A stretch of 64,000 nucleotides of DNA from Macrostomum lignano (GCA_002269645.1 NIVC01000640.1:310001-374000), one strand, 5' to 3'; shown: positions 17,901 through 28,823, counted from the first letter of the stretch. The notes: a model not told the origin generated them from the sequence alone. Numbers and translations are program-made.

Positions 17901-20900
17901 CAGGTAGGACACTGTTTGGCACTTTGGTCCAGACCGCAACCTCTTTACCGGGTCTCGTGTTACCGCCCAACTAACTGTTCTAATAGATAGCGGCCTGACT
18001 GCCGGAGAAAGATGGAGAGCCTTAGTTACAACAGAGAAGTCAACCGGAAGATTGAAGGTAAATAAGGACGGATGAGCTTCTTGGTGTGAAGTGCATGCAC
18101 CTGGGGCCCGACCGAATGGCTTGACCTGAGCTTCCCGCTGCAATTACAGCTTGGCTAAAAGAAAAAGTTACCATGCTACGCAGGCAAGCAGCCGATAAAA
18201 GAGCCAAATTCCTCATTACCAGTGAATGCGAGGACAAAAGCATCTAAGTTGGTGTTGGGGGGGATGGACGAGCTAAATGGTTACGGAGCAGCAGTAGCCA
18301 AGCTAAATTTTACTATGGCTAAATAGGACAAAAGCAGCTCTGTCTGCTCGGTATGCTTGTGTCCTTGCATCTCTAACACGCGCAAACAGACACACATTGG
18401 CAATTTGCAAACTTGCGCACGCATGAAAACGCGAGCCGAGGCAATGCAGCTGGGTAGGGGCGCATCTTTGGTAATAAATGCATGCAAACTCTTGCTTGCG
18501 CCATCTCTGTTTCCTTGTCCCAAAAGCCGGTCTGAGATGCCTCGCCAGCTCCCTCTCTTCCAGCCCCCGAGGCGAAAGAGGCAACGAAGGGAGTAAAGTA
18601 ATTCCAATAGCGCGATACCAGCCTCCGTTAAGGCTCGTTCGAGTGCACTTTTCCATGGAGCTGCAAACAGGAGTCAGCCTGCAGCGCGGCGCAGGGATTG
18701 TAGCTGAGGAACGGTGGATCGGGAGTGTCTCAGTGTCATGTTCAATAAGGCGTCCATCTGGGCAGCCCCCTGCCACTGGCGGATCGGGATAGTTAGGCCG
18801 GTGGACGGGCAGCGGGGCCGCAATTCAATTACCGCGCGAGACTCCTCATTACCAGCATTTGCTTCAGCTGTTGACCCGGGGATTCCCCGGCCACTGGCTG
18901 ACGCGTTGGGTAAGGGGGTGGCGGAGTGAGCTGAGAGTGAAAGTGAAGGAGAGAGCGGAGACAGTCACATCCATGCCGTCGCTAGGGCCTGTATTGAAAG
19001 GCAAGGCAAGAGATTTTGGCTCGAAGGATTCTTCCAGAGAGCCTCGAACTACAGAGGAGCCACAGCAGGCACCTCAACCAACTTGCTTGAATGAAAATTA
19101 AAAATCGAATGCCCCCAGATCCCACTTCCACTGCCAAAAAGCCCCTACTTTCTTACACAACACGCGAATTCCTGATGAATTTTCTGCCCCAGAAGTCCCA
19201 GACAATTTTGGTCTAAACTTTCCACAATTCTTTAGTGTAACATTTCTGTCTTTTATAGCTGGCCCCCTCCCGGAGACCGGAGAGCGCTCGATCCGATTTC
19301 GAATTAAAAATCGATGCAACCCGAATCCCGTTACGGGAGGGCGCGGCCCCTGTGTGCTCTTTTTACTACACGCATTCCCTCTTTTATCTTCCCGGTCTGA
19401 GCCGCCAAACTAATTTCGTCAATTTCGCTTCCCTCTAGCTGGCGCAGAAAACTGCACGAAGCGCGCATGCTGGTCGATCCAGCTGCTTCCTTCTGCCGCT
19501 GCAGCAGCATCTGGAGTCCATTGACTTGCTTGAAAGCAAGACTCACTCTCTCCAAGCTCTTCGCAGCCAGCAGCAAAATCTGAGCAGGCGCTACTTTTGT
19601 TTCTGAGAGGCAATTTTCTTTTGAGTAGAAACTGCACTCAAAGAAACTGTGTGAGCAGGCACCGGTGCGGCGCATCTGTCGGCTGGGAGAATTTCCCACT
19701 GCAATCATCGCGTTCTCGCATTTCGATTGCAGCCAATATCATTCAGTTCCGCTCACTGGATCCCGCTAATTGTCTTCCAGAAAGTTCCCCATTTTCCTGA
19801 TTGCTTTATTGAGCTTCGAAATCGAAACCGGGGTCGAACATCGCGGAATCGAGCGAAATTCGAGCGTAAACTTGCAGATTTTTACTGTTGAAAAGCACCA
19901 TTTGATGCTAGATCATAATGCAAATACATTTATTGCCAGTTTTCTAGATATTTTTATTGAAAATTTTTTATCTCAGAATTCAGCCGACCAACTGCTGCTC
20001 AGTCTACTCCCACAGGAGGCTGGACTAGCGTCATCATTCCCATTCCTCTGCATCCGAATCAGCTAAGATGCGTGCACGATTTTAACAGAACAGTTCTTTT
20101 TTGTCAGCAAAAAACGTGAAAGGCTGCCCAGAAAGGCAATGAAACTCACTCAAATAGGAAATCAGATGAGTCCAAACTCTCGGTGGGTCAATTGACTGCT
20201 TGAGGAATTATTAATAATATATTTATTATTGTCAACTGCGCAGAAATGTTTCTTGGGATCCCCAGCCCCCGGGGCAGACCGCCAACAACATTTGACGCGA
20301 GCTGCTCCCGTCCCAGGTGCTGTCAAGATGCGCTAGAAGAGGATCTCGGGATCATCACCTGCTGCTGCAGATCTTGGCGGAAGCAAATTTTCTCTATTGG
20401 GGAGATTTGCAACTGTCGGAGCTCGGCTTGATCGAGCGGGGGACGGGAGGCGAGAGGGGATAAGGGAAACGAATGGCTTAGTTAGGGATGCCGATTCCCC
20501 GGGGGGGACGGGGGAATTTTTGATTCCAGGGAAAGCGCAGCATTTTCGAGTCGCGCAACTGGGGGGAGCTGCAATCGTCAGTGAAAAGCTGCTGAACTTT
20601 GTCTGAATTATGCATGCGGGCACGGCAAATACTCTGTTTTCGCATACTGCCTTCGCATCTCGCGCTCTCGGCTAGAGATGAGAGCCAAACTGATTTGGAA
20701 TTAATTTGTGCCCCACCTCCCCCCCCCCTAAGTCTCTCTCAGCTCCATTCGGAATTCTCCGTTCCAAACTCTGTTCTCAGTACACAGATGGATGTCTGCA
20801 TCAACAGAAACTCGGTAGAGCAGAGCCATCAATCATAGGGATTGGCTAGGGAATGCAAGCCCAGGATCTTGGGACAGTATCTCGGGTTTACAAACCAGGG

Positions 20901-22251
20901 ATTCCGGGACAAAATCCTAGGTTTCCAATCCAGGGATTCCGGGACAAAACCCCGGGTTTCCAATCCAGGGATTCCGGGACAAAATCCTAGGTTTCCAATC
21001 CAGGGATTCCGGGACAAAATAACGGGTTTCCAATCCAGGGATTCCGGGACAAAATAACGGGTTTCCAATCCAGGGATTCCGGGACAAAAATCCGACTTTT
21101 CAATCCAGGGATTCCGGGACAAAACCCCGGGTTTCCAATCCAGGGATTCCGGGACAAAATCTTCATATTTTCAGTTCCGGGATCCCGAGACAAAATCCCG
21201 GGTTTTAAATTCTGGGATTAAATAAAAAAGGATTAAATATTTTCCGGGATCGCTAGGACCCGGGATTAGAAAAAACACCGTTACTACTGGATTTGAAAAT
21301 CCCGGTATTATAAAAGTCCAGGAAATTGACATCCCGAGAATCCCGGGATGGTAAAAAAGGTCGGGAAATTGGAGTCCCTGCAACAGGTCTCAAAGATTTT
21401 CGCTCATCTATTGCTGCCTGCAATAAAGCTGTTGATAGTCAGAACAAGAATTATTTTTAGCAGGTAAATGAAAATTGAGTGATTGTTGGCCCTAACAATG
21501 GACCCCAACCCTTGGCCTTGCCCTAAACTGAAATTTATTTAAGAATTATGAACCAGTTTATTGTTCTTGATAATAACCACTTTCCTTGCTCTAAAGGTTT
21601 TATCACTCAAACTAATGGAGTTCTGAACAAATGCAATGTCTCAAGGTCTGGTGAAAATAGATTGTTAGATTTCATTTTTAAGGCAGGACAGGGCATGGAA
21701 AAGTAGCGAGTTAGCAGCAGCAGCAGCCTGCGATTTGAGTAGCAATTTCTGTCTGCTAAAAGCAACCGGATAAATTCGCTCACCTTGGCCGGCAGAGAGG
21801 AGGTTGGATAATCGAGGAACAGCCATAGCTGGTAGCGCAACCGGCGAATGCCGCGGCTGCACCCGACCAGAGACTGCATCGGCTGGATGTCCTCGAAGCA
21901 GTCCTTGAACAGCGTGTTCTTCGTCCGCTTCTCCTCGTCGAAGCGCATGTAGTGCGGCAGGCAGCAGGGCCAGATGCTGCTCTCGTAGATGCCCCAGAAG
22001 ATGAGCTCCTTGCGCACGAACGGGCCGCAGATGTTCGTCGGCAGGTGCAGCTCACCGGTGCGATAAAAGTCCAAGATGAAGCGGAACACCTCGGGATCCC
22101 GATCGAAAAAGTACGTATCCCTCTGCATCTCGTCGGCCGCGATCTGCGTGTATAGTCTGGTGTTCGGGAACCGGTACAAAGTGGCCCGGCGGGTCACGAA
22201 GTTGCAGCCGCCAACCGTGATGGTCACGGTGTCTGCCGGATTCACCGCCAT
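8929..22251 (-). CDS. Shaw: Voltage-gated potassium channel, Shaw/Kv3-like (605 aa from ATG 22251; 630 aa if exon 23545-23472 is used)
   Basis: Exons 22252/22251-21784, 16490-15740, 9527-8929 with GT-AG introns in matching phases (0, 1). T1 domain [37 protein letters not shown] (Shaw-type CGP..ELxFWG and HX5CX20CC zinc motif), S1-S6, pore TTVGYGD. S4 has only four basic residues, as in invertebrate Shaw. Confidence 0.9.
10540..11045. repeat. 50-bp minisatellite, Kv intron
   Basis: CTTGCAATGTCCCATGCTTCATGTTCCCATCCCAGCCTCTGCTTGACACA, about 10 units. Confidence 0.95.
12024..12175. repeat. 54-bp tandem repeat (about 2.7 copies)
   Basis: CAAATTCATCCGTGCAAAGCGACAAAGCGACAGTACCACCAAATATACCCCGTG. 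Confidence 0.85.
12809..13300. repeat. 12-bp minisatellite (TAGTGTCTGTCC)n, left arm of an inverted pair
   Basis: Direct inspection. Confidence 0.95.
13874..15034. repeat. 12-bp minisatellite (GGAC(A/T)GACACTA)n, right arm, reverse complement of 12809-13300
   Basis: Shares the diagnostic variant CTATTGTCTGTGCTAGTG in inverted orientation. Confidence 0.95.
20847..21380. mobile_element. Probable MITE with internal 33-bp tandem repeats (AATCCAGGGATTCCGGGACAAAA...)
   Basis: Imperfect termini TAGGGAATGCAA / TTGGAGTCCCTG (9/12), about 9 tandem units then degenerate ATCCCGGGAT motifs; no TSD found. Confidence 0.55.
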
Positions 22252-22794
22252 GCTGAGAGGGCTGCTTTCGTAGTTGCGGCACACAGGCAAAGCGGCTGTT
22301 GCTACTAAAAGAGGGTAGCCCCCACCCCCTGGCTAGGTTATCTTCCCTGCTGAGGGGAGAAGGAGCGAGGGAACCGGTGATTGGCCAGCAGAGGCTTGGC
22401 TTCGCTTTTCAAACTCCTGTCCGTCTGCACTGGAGCAGAGGCTCACTGGGCAGCTGTTTAAACGATAAACTGATAACACTGACCTGTGCTGATCAAGCAC
22501 GAAGTTTGCCTATGAGGATGCTGTGCCAGGCCGGTGTCTTGATTAAAACTAGGCTGTCCGGACGCCATGCTTGGCTTTCACGGAGGCACGGACTTTTCCA
22601 AGTTAATTACGGCAGGGTGAAGGAAGGCCGAATCCCGAGATCTCTTCTGGTGCAGCAGGGGGGTTGCTTGAAAATTTCTGCGAGCAAAGAACCCGCTTAT
22701 CAGCGGTGTCGGAAGATATCTATAAATAGTGAATTTCATAGATAACTATAGCAAACAGATTGTTAAATGGTGAATCGAGAATAATCAACTAAAA

Positions 22795-23335
22795 ATTGGT
22801 GAATGGAGAACCCACATTTTGAGACACTGTGAAATGGGAATTGGTGAATGAAGAGACACTGTGAAACGGGAATTGGTGAATGGAGAGACACTGTGAAACG
22901 GGAATTGGTGAATAGAGAACCAACGGAGTGAGACACTGTGAAACGGGAATTGGTGAATGGAGAAACAACATTTTGAGACACTGTGAAACGGGAATTGGTG
23001 AATGGAGAAACAACAGAGTGAGACACTGTGAAACGGGAATTGGTTAATAGAGAACCAACGGAGTGAGACACTGTGAAACTGGAATTGGTGAATGGAGAAA
23101 CAACAGAGTGAGACAATGTGAAACTGGAATTGGTGAATGGAGAAACAACAGAGTGAGACACTGTGAAACTGGAATTGGTGAATGGAGAAACAACAGAGAT
23201 TGAGACACGGTGATAGAATTGGTGAATGGAGAAACAACAGAGTGAGACACTCTAAAACTGGAATTGGTGAATGGAGAATTAATAGATTGAGACACGGTGA
23301 TAGAACTGGTGAATCGGCGAGTCAGCAAGTCAGTT
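22795..23335. repeat. About 45-bp minisatellite in the probable first intron of the Kv gene
   Basis: GAATTGGTGAATGGAGAAACAACAGAGTGAGACACTGTGAAAC(G/T)G units. Confidence 0.9.
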
Positions 23336-23471
23336 TAACGAGGAGTGACAAGGTGCTGGAATCAATAAGAAAAAGCTGATGATGAAATGACAGGCTGAGG
23401 CTAATCTTGTACTAGAAAAAATAGTCCCATTTAAACAAAACAACACGATTTCTGCATCCTTCTTTCCTCAC

Positions 23472-23545
23472 CTTTGCCTCGTTGTTGACGCCTCTCGCAG
23501 CGCCAGCTGACTCGCCGCCTTGACTGACAGCTTCTGAACAGGCAT
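23472..23545 (-). CDS. Probable first coding exon of the Kv gene (MPVQKLSVKAASQLALREASTTRQ)
   Basis: ATG at 23545 and donor AG|GTGAGG at 23471 (phase 2). It joins in frame to acceptor CTCTCAG|C at 22252, giving ...[10 protein letters not shown]. Confidence 0.55.
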
Positions 23546-24004
23546 CCCTCAAAAATCTTTACCTGGAAGCAGAAACACTCGGCTCCTCCCGGGGTTCTGT
23601 TTGTGCCGATTTTTTCCCGCTTTCTTTTCTTTTCATTCCTTCGTTACGTTGCGTTTGCGGCGTAGTGCGCGTCCAAAAAATCTCCGGTGTTGCTTTTGTT
23701 TATCTCTCGGTTCGCTCCGGCTTTAGAATTCTTTTATTACGGATGGACTTTCAGGACATGTAGCCATGCTAATAAATTTTGAAGAGAACATAGCAATACT
23801 GTTCTGAAAAACATTTATTTGCGATTTTTAACTACTTTAAGTAGGCATATACGTGTACAAACCGGTATTTAATAACTTTGCACGTGATCTAAATGTAGTC
23901 TGCACAATGTAGTCTGAAATAGTTAAATATATCGATGGTCTTGAATGAATTTTTTACTTCAAACCTACTATTAAATTACTCTGGATAAACAGCGATAATT
24001 GATT

Positions 24005-24281
24005 ACACCTGCCCTGATGGCCAGATGTGCAACCGACAGCTCAGCCGCAGCTATTGCGCGGCGCATCTGAAGGCTGCATACGGCTGTTCAGTCCAAGGAC
24101 TGTGGGGGTCGTCACACACAGCCTCAGTTACCCCAGCTAATGCTGGCACCCATTTTACAGCTGGGTGAACTGAAGCAATGCAGAGTTAAGTCTCTTGCTC
24201 AAGGACACAAATTGTTTCGAGTACGTGGATCGAGAATCGAACCTCCGACCTTTCAGTCGTTATTTAGTCCGACACTCTGAC
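24005..24281 (-). mobile_element. tRNA-derived CORE-type SINE, copy 1 (head interrupted by a hAT-like MITE)
   Basis: Reverse strand has B box GGTTCGATTC and CORE-like GTGTCCTTGAGCAAG...CTTAACTC...CTTCAGTTCACCCAGCTGTAAAATGGG. The extreme 5' end (GGCTACAACCCCC) resumes at about 24665. Confidence 0.85.
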
Positions 24282-24650
24282 CCAGGGGTCGGCAAACTAT
24301 GGCCCGCTAAGCCTCTCTATCCGGCCCTCGGGTCCTTTGAAACTTCACAGTGGCAATCCGGCCCGCTCAAGGTTTGTCTTTGCTCAGCTCGCTCTCTCCC
24401 CTATTTTCTTTTTTCTTTTCTCTCTCTCCTCTCTCCTCTTCTCTCTCCTCTCATCTCATCTCCTCTCTCCTCTCCTCCCCTTCTCTCATCTCCTTTTTTC
24501 TCTCCCTCTCGTCTCTCCTCTCTTATCTCTCTCTTCTCTCACATCGCATCTTTCATCTCGCCTCTCTCTCTTCTCTCCTCTCTTCTGTTATCTCTTATCT
24601 CCTCTTCTTTTCTTTCCCACACTGTCTCTCCTTTCCACTCCCATCTGGCC
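24282..24650 (+). mobile_element. hAT-like MITE, left-end copy with CT-rich interior
   Basis: Begins CAGGGGTCGGCAAAC; homologous to 44669-45390 (AAGCCTCTCTATCCGGCCCTCGGGTCCTTTGAAACTTCAC... CTTTCCACTC.CATCTGG); right TIR missing. Confidence 0.75.
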
Positions 24651-25045
24651 AGGATGCTTTATCTGGCTACAACCCCCTAGGCTCTGGGAAAAGCCTCCTT
24701 TTTTCCTTTTTCCGTCAACACTCACTGTCATCTGCTATAATAAGTAGTATAGTAAGCACTTTGCCTTCAATAGTTAGTCTACATTTTACCTTCTTAGCTA
24801 TTATTATCGATATTATAGCAATCACTGGCGCCTGTCCCAGACTGTCCAAAACAAAAACAAAACTTTCGTAGAGGCAGGAGCAGAAATTTCCATTTCCTAA
24901 TTACATCCGGTTTATAATGAAGAGCCCATTACAGTCACACTAATTATATTAAGTATGGGGTGGCTTCAGCTATCTCCAGGACACGGCATTGTGGAAATGA
25001 TTCAACGACCTCAAACGTTAAGGAACTCTGTTTTCAACCGGAACC

Positions 25046-25919
25046 CCTGGCACCCAATACCCCTGAAGTGGCACCCAATACCCCTGAACTGGCACCCAAT
25101 ACCCCTGAACTGGCACCCAATACCCCTGAACTGGCACCCAATACCCCTGAACTGGCACCCAATACCCCTGAACTGGCACCCAGTACCCCTGAACTGGCAC
25201 CCAATACCCCTGAACTGGCACCCAATACCCCTGAACTGGCACCCAATACCCCTGAACTGGCACCCAATACCCCTGAACTGGCACCCAATACCCCTGAACT
25301 GGCACCCAATACCCCTGAACTGGCACCCAATACCCCTGAACTGGCACCCAATACCCCTGAACTGGCACCCATGATCCCTAAACTGGAGCCCATGATCCCT
25401 GAACTGGCACCCATGATCCCTGAACTGGCACCCATGATCCCTGAACTGGCACCCATGATCCCTAAACTGGAGCCCATGATCCCTGAACTGGAGCCCATGA
25501 TCCCTGAACTGGCACCCATGATCCCTGAACTGGAGCCCATGATCCCTGAACTGGAGCCCATGATCCCTGAACTGGAGCCCATGATAACTGAACTGGCACC
25601 CATGATCCCTGAACTGGAGCCCATGATAACTGAACTGGCACCCATGATCCCTGAACTGGCACCCATGATCCCTGAACTGGAGCCCATGATCCCTGAACTG
25701 GAGCCCATGATAACTGAACTGGAGCCCATGATCCCTGAACTGGAGCCCATGATCCCTGAACTGGAGCCCATGATCCCTGAACTGGAGCCCATGATCCCTG
25801 AACTGGAGCCCATGATCCCTGAACTGGAGCCCATGATAACTGAACTGGCACCCATGATCCCTGAACTGGCACCCATGATCCCTGAACTGGCACCCATGAT
25901 CCCTGAACTGGCACCCATG
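25046..25919. repeat. 21-bp minisatellite (left part), interrupted by the LTR element
   Basis: GGCACCCAATACCCCTGAACT units switch at about 25370 to GG(C/A)(A/G)CCCATGATCCCTGAACT units. Confidence 0.95.
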
Positions 25920-26168
25920 TGTTGTGTATTGCAAAGGCATGCGATGCGTAGGGGTAGTTCGGGGGCAGCGTTTCTAGAAACTTCCACCGCGGACTTGTTT
26001 ACGCATAGTTCCAGAAGTTTCCTTCCCCGGTCTTTCTAGAACTTTCCTTCCCCGCGTGCATAAATATACGAGCCGCCCTCCTATTGGCCAACCCCTTCTT
26101 TTGGTGCCACCGAGCGACCAGATAATTATCTATCTTGTTTCTGCGTTCGTTAATTCAACAACAGAACA
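25920..26168 (+). repeat. 5' LTR
   Basis: TGTTGTGTATTG...CAACAGAACA, repeated at 28342-28590. Confidence 0.97.
25972..26066 (+). promoter_or_regulatory. Three perfect heat-shock elements (TTCnnGAAnnTTC) plus TATA-like TAAATA in the 5' LTR
   Basis: TTCtaGAAacTTC 25972-25984, TTCcaGAAgtTTC 26009-26021, TTCtaGAActTTC 26034-26046, TAAATA 26061-26066. Confidence 0.75.
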
Positions 26169-26169
26169 T

Positions 26170-26184
26170 TGGCGACGAGGATGG
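26170..26184 (+). other. Primer-binding site, complementary to the tRNA-Ser(GCU)-type 3' end
   Basis: TGGCGACGAGGATGG directly after the 5' LTR. Eukaryotic tRNA-Ser(GCU) ends ...CCAUCCUCGUCGCCA (recalled, not searched). Confidence 0.75.
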
Positions 26185-28244
26185 CGGCTAGCATCCCTGC
26201 ACCCACGCCCTTCCTGGCGAACTGCGGATCACCGACAGTACCATGGAGCCGATGGATTGAGGCCTTTGAATTTTATTACGAGGCGGCCCAATTCAAGGAG
26301 CCCGAAGGGAAGGAAGAGGCGAAACCGCTGAAGAGGAGCCTTCTGCTCCATCTGCTTGGATTTGAAGGTCAGCGGGTTGCTCGAGCACGCCAAGCAATCA
26401 AGGAGAACGACACGTTCGCAGCAACTAAGGCGGAGCTCGAGAAGATCTTCGGCGAGAAGCCCAACGTGATGGTAGCCAGATATCGCTTCCGCCAGCGCCA
26501 GCAGCTACCCGGCGAGGACGTCAAGACCTTCGTGGCAGCCCTGAGGGAGCTGACGGAGCTGTGCAACTACGGCGCGATACAGGACGATCTCATCAGAGAC
26601 CAGCTGGCTGAGAAGACCAGTAACCCCAGAATCCGAGAGAGGCTGCTGACGGAGAAGGTGGAGGACCTCAACCTGGCGAAAGCGCTCAGCATCGCGGTCT
26701 CCATCGAGGAAGCCTCCAAAGAAGCCAAGGCGATGGCGCCATCAACCTCGAGCACGGCAGCCGTCCAATCGATCCGACAGCCGAGGGGCCAGAAGGTCGC
26801 TGCAAAGGGGAGGCACCGGCCAGCACCAGCTGGCAGGACGGCCAAACCCGGCGGCGCCTGCACACGCTGTGGGCGAGACCACGGACCGACGACCCCCTGT
26901 CCGGCCAAGGGCAAGACATGCGACGCTTGTGGCAAGAAGAACCACTTCCGGAGTTGCTGTCGCAGCCAGCAGGCTGCTGTCAATGCCGCGGACGAGGTGA
27001 TCACAGTCTACGCAGTGCCGGGTGGCGACAGGGAGGTCCGGGCGACGCTGGAACTCGGACCGGACAGGACCGCTGTCAGCCTGATGGTGGACTGCGGCGC
27101 AAGGGTGTCGCTGCTGTCCCGACAGACCGCCGACCGGATCTCAGGTGCAGTCACCTCTCCCACCACGACGAAGCTGTGTGCCTACGGTGGACTGCCGATC
27201 CAGCTAAGTGGTGTCACCGAGCTGGAGGTGCGCTACGGCGACAAGGCGATGCAGCACCGGTTCTTCGTTGCGCCAGGCGGCGACAACATCGTCGGTAGAG
27301 ACCTGATGGAGAAGCTGGGCTTCCGAGTCGACCTTAGCGGGCAGCCACCCGGAATCGCGAAGGTCAGCGACTTGACGGCGGACTTGCAGGCGCGGTACCC
27401 AACGACCTTCAGCGGTGCGATAGGATGCTGCGCCGGCGCTGTACACCAGCCCAAGGTCGACCCAGCAGCGCGACCCGTCCAGCAGCCACTCCGCCGCCTG
27501 CCCCTCATGCGACAGGAGCAGGTCGATGCCGAACTCGACAAGATGGAGAAGGACGGCATCATCGAGCGAGTTCTCGGACTTCTTAGCCGAGCAGGGCATC
27601 CGGCACGTCAAGACCAGCCTCTACCATCCGCAGACCAACGGCCAGACGGAGCGTCTCAATCGGTCGCTACTCGCCAGCATCAGAGCGGCCATGGTGGAGA
27701 ACAGGCCGTTTCAAGACGCCGTGACCAACTTCTTGTCTGCCTACCGGAGCTCCAAGCACAGCCTGACGGGCAAGTCACCGGCCGAGCTCATGCTGGGTCG
27801 GAAGTGGCGCACCGCGATCACCATGCTGTCTCCCGGAGGGGGAATGACAATGACCGAGGCGACGCCTCAGGCACTGCGGCAGCAAATCGAGGCGCGGCAG
27901 CAGCGGATCAAGGCCTACACCGATGCCAGACGAAGGGCCCGCCCCGAGACGTTCCACCCCGGCGATTGGGTGAGAATCCGACGGCCCACCAAGAAGGGCA
28001 AGCTGGGTACCCGCCTCTCACGGCCACTACAAGTGCTCCGTCAGGCGGGACACCACGCGGTCGAGCTCAGCGACGGCACCAGATGGAACCAGCAGCGGCT
28101 GATCCGAACACCGCACCCGGCGCAGCCGAGAGAGCGGTTCGACCCACTGGTGGACTCGGCGCCAACGACCGGAGCCGGCACGGCGGCACCGGCGGCACCG
28201 GCGGCGGAGCCTCCGGCAAGAACAGCAGCGCCCCGCCGATCTGA
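26181..28244 (+). CDS. Gag-protease-(RT N-terminal stub) fusion ORF, 687 aa, ending in an out-of-frame tail
   Basis: ATG inside the PBS; Gag W..W...FE.Y, zinc knuckles CTRCGRDH and CDACGKKNHFRSCC, protease LMVDCGA..SLL and IVGRDLM, then RT start PVQQPLRRLP..QEQVDAELDKMEKDGIIERV. Confidence 0.9.
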   Translation: MAASIPAPTPFLANCGSPTVPWSRWIEAFEFYYEAAQFKEPEGKEEAKPLKRSLLLHLLGFEGQRVARARQAIKENDTFAATKAELEKIFGEKPNVMVARYRFRQRQQLPGEDVKTFVAALRELTELCNYGAIQDDLIRDQLAEKTSNPRIRERLLTEKVEDLNLAKALSIAVSIEEASKEAKAMAPSTSSTAAVQSIRQPRGQKVAAKGRHRPAPAGRTAKPGGACTRCGRDHGPTTPCPAKGKTCDACGKKNHFRSCCRSQQAAVNAADEVITVYAVPGGDREVRATLELGPDRTAVSLMVDCGARVSLLSRQTADRISGAVTSPTTTKLCAYGGLPIQLSGVTELEVRYGDKAMQHRFFVAPGGDNIVGRDLMEKLGFRVDLSGQPPGIAKVSDLTADLQARYPTTFSGAIGCCAGAVHQPKVDPAARPVQQPLRRLPLMRQEQVDAELDKMEKDGIIERVLGLLSRAGHPARQDQPLPSADQRPDGASQSVATRQHQSGHGGEQAVSRRRDQLLVCLPELQAQPDGQVTGRAHAGSEVAHRDHHAVSRRGNDNDRGDASGTAAANRGAAAADQGLHRCQTKGPPRDVPPRRLGENPTAHQEGQAGYPPLTATTSAPSGGTPRGRAQRRHQMEPAAADPNTAPGAAERAVRPTGGLGANDRSRHGGTGGTGGGASGKNSSAPPI

Positions 28245-28293
28245 GCGAGCCAGGCACCCGCCGATACGCTTCATGAACTGCCGCTGGGACTGA
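27562..28293 (+). pseudogene. Integrase C-terminal half (different frame, no start codon)
   Basis: SSEFSDFL...GIRHVKTSLYHPQTNGQTERLNRSL (third catalytic E), AYRSSKHSLTGKSPAELMLGR, FHPGDWVRI. The HHCC domain and first two catalytic Asp residues are absent. Confidence 0.9.
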
Positions 28294-28341
28294 TTAAAGT
28301 GAAGCTTGGGGACTGTTGGACTCCTTGAAGGAGGGGAAGAA

Positions 28342-28590
28342 TGTTGTGTATTGCAAAGGCATGCGATGCGTAGGGGTAGTTCGGGGGCAGCGTTTCTAGA
28401 AACTTCCACCGCGGACTTGTTTACGCATAGTTCCAGAAGTTTCCTTCCCCGGTCTTTCTAGAACTTTCCTTCCCCGCGTGCATAAATATACGAGCCGCCC
28501 TCCTATTGGCCAACCCCTTCTTTTGGTGCCACCGAGCGACCAGATAATTATCTATCTTGTTTCTGCGTTCGTTAATTCAACAACAGAACA
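28342..28590 (+). repeat. 3' LTR
   Basis: Matches the 5' LTR; preceded by polypurine tract GAAGGAGGGGAAGAA (28327-28341). Confidence 0.97.
28394..28488 (+). promoter_or_regulatory. Same HSE triplet and TATA in the 3' LTR
   Basis: HSEs at 28394-28406, 28431-28443, 28456-28468 (offset +2422 from the 5' LTR). Confidence 0.75.
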
Positions 28591-28740
28591 CCATGATCCC
28601 TGAACTGGAGCCCATGATCCCTGAACTGGCACCCATGATCCCTGAACTGGAGCCCATGATAACTGAACTGGCGCCCATGATCCCTGAACTGGCACCCATG
28701 ATCCCTGAACTGGAGCCCATGATAACTGAACTGGCGCCAA
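28591..28740. repeat. 21-bp minisatellite (right part, resumes after the LTR element)
   Basis: Same CCCATGATCCCTGAACTGG unit as before 25920. Confidence 0.95.
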
Positions 28741-28823
28741 AATTACATCAAAACCAGCACCAGTACCCCTAAACTGGTACCAAAAAAACTGACCCCAATG
28801 ACCTCAGTATGGGTACGTACATG

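Larger units (their letters stand above)
25920..28590 (+). mobile_element. Ty3/gypsy (Mag-like) LTR retrotransposon, internally deleted, recent insertion
   Basis: 249-bp LTRs TG...CA at 25920-26168 and 28342-28590, identical by eye. 5-bp TSD CCATG at 25915-25919 and 28591-28595. PBS and PPT present. Order is gag-protease-RT start-integrase end. Confidence 0.97.

Noticed and set aside
24960-26039. 359-aa ELAPNT/ELEPMI repeat protein and antisense ORFs
   Set aside because: 21-bp minisatellite open in several frames on both strands; it runs into the LTR and has no splice or domain support.
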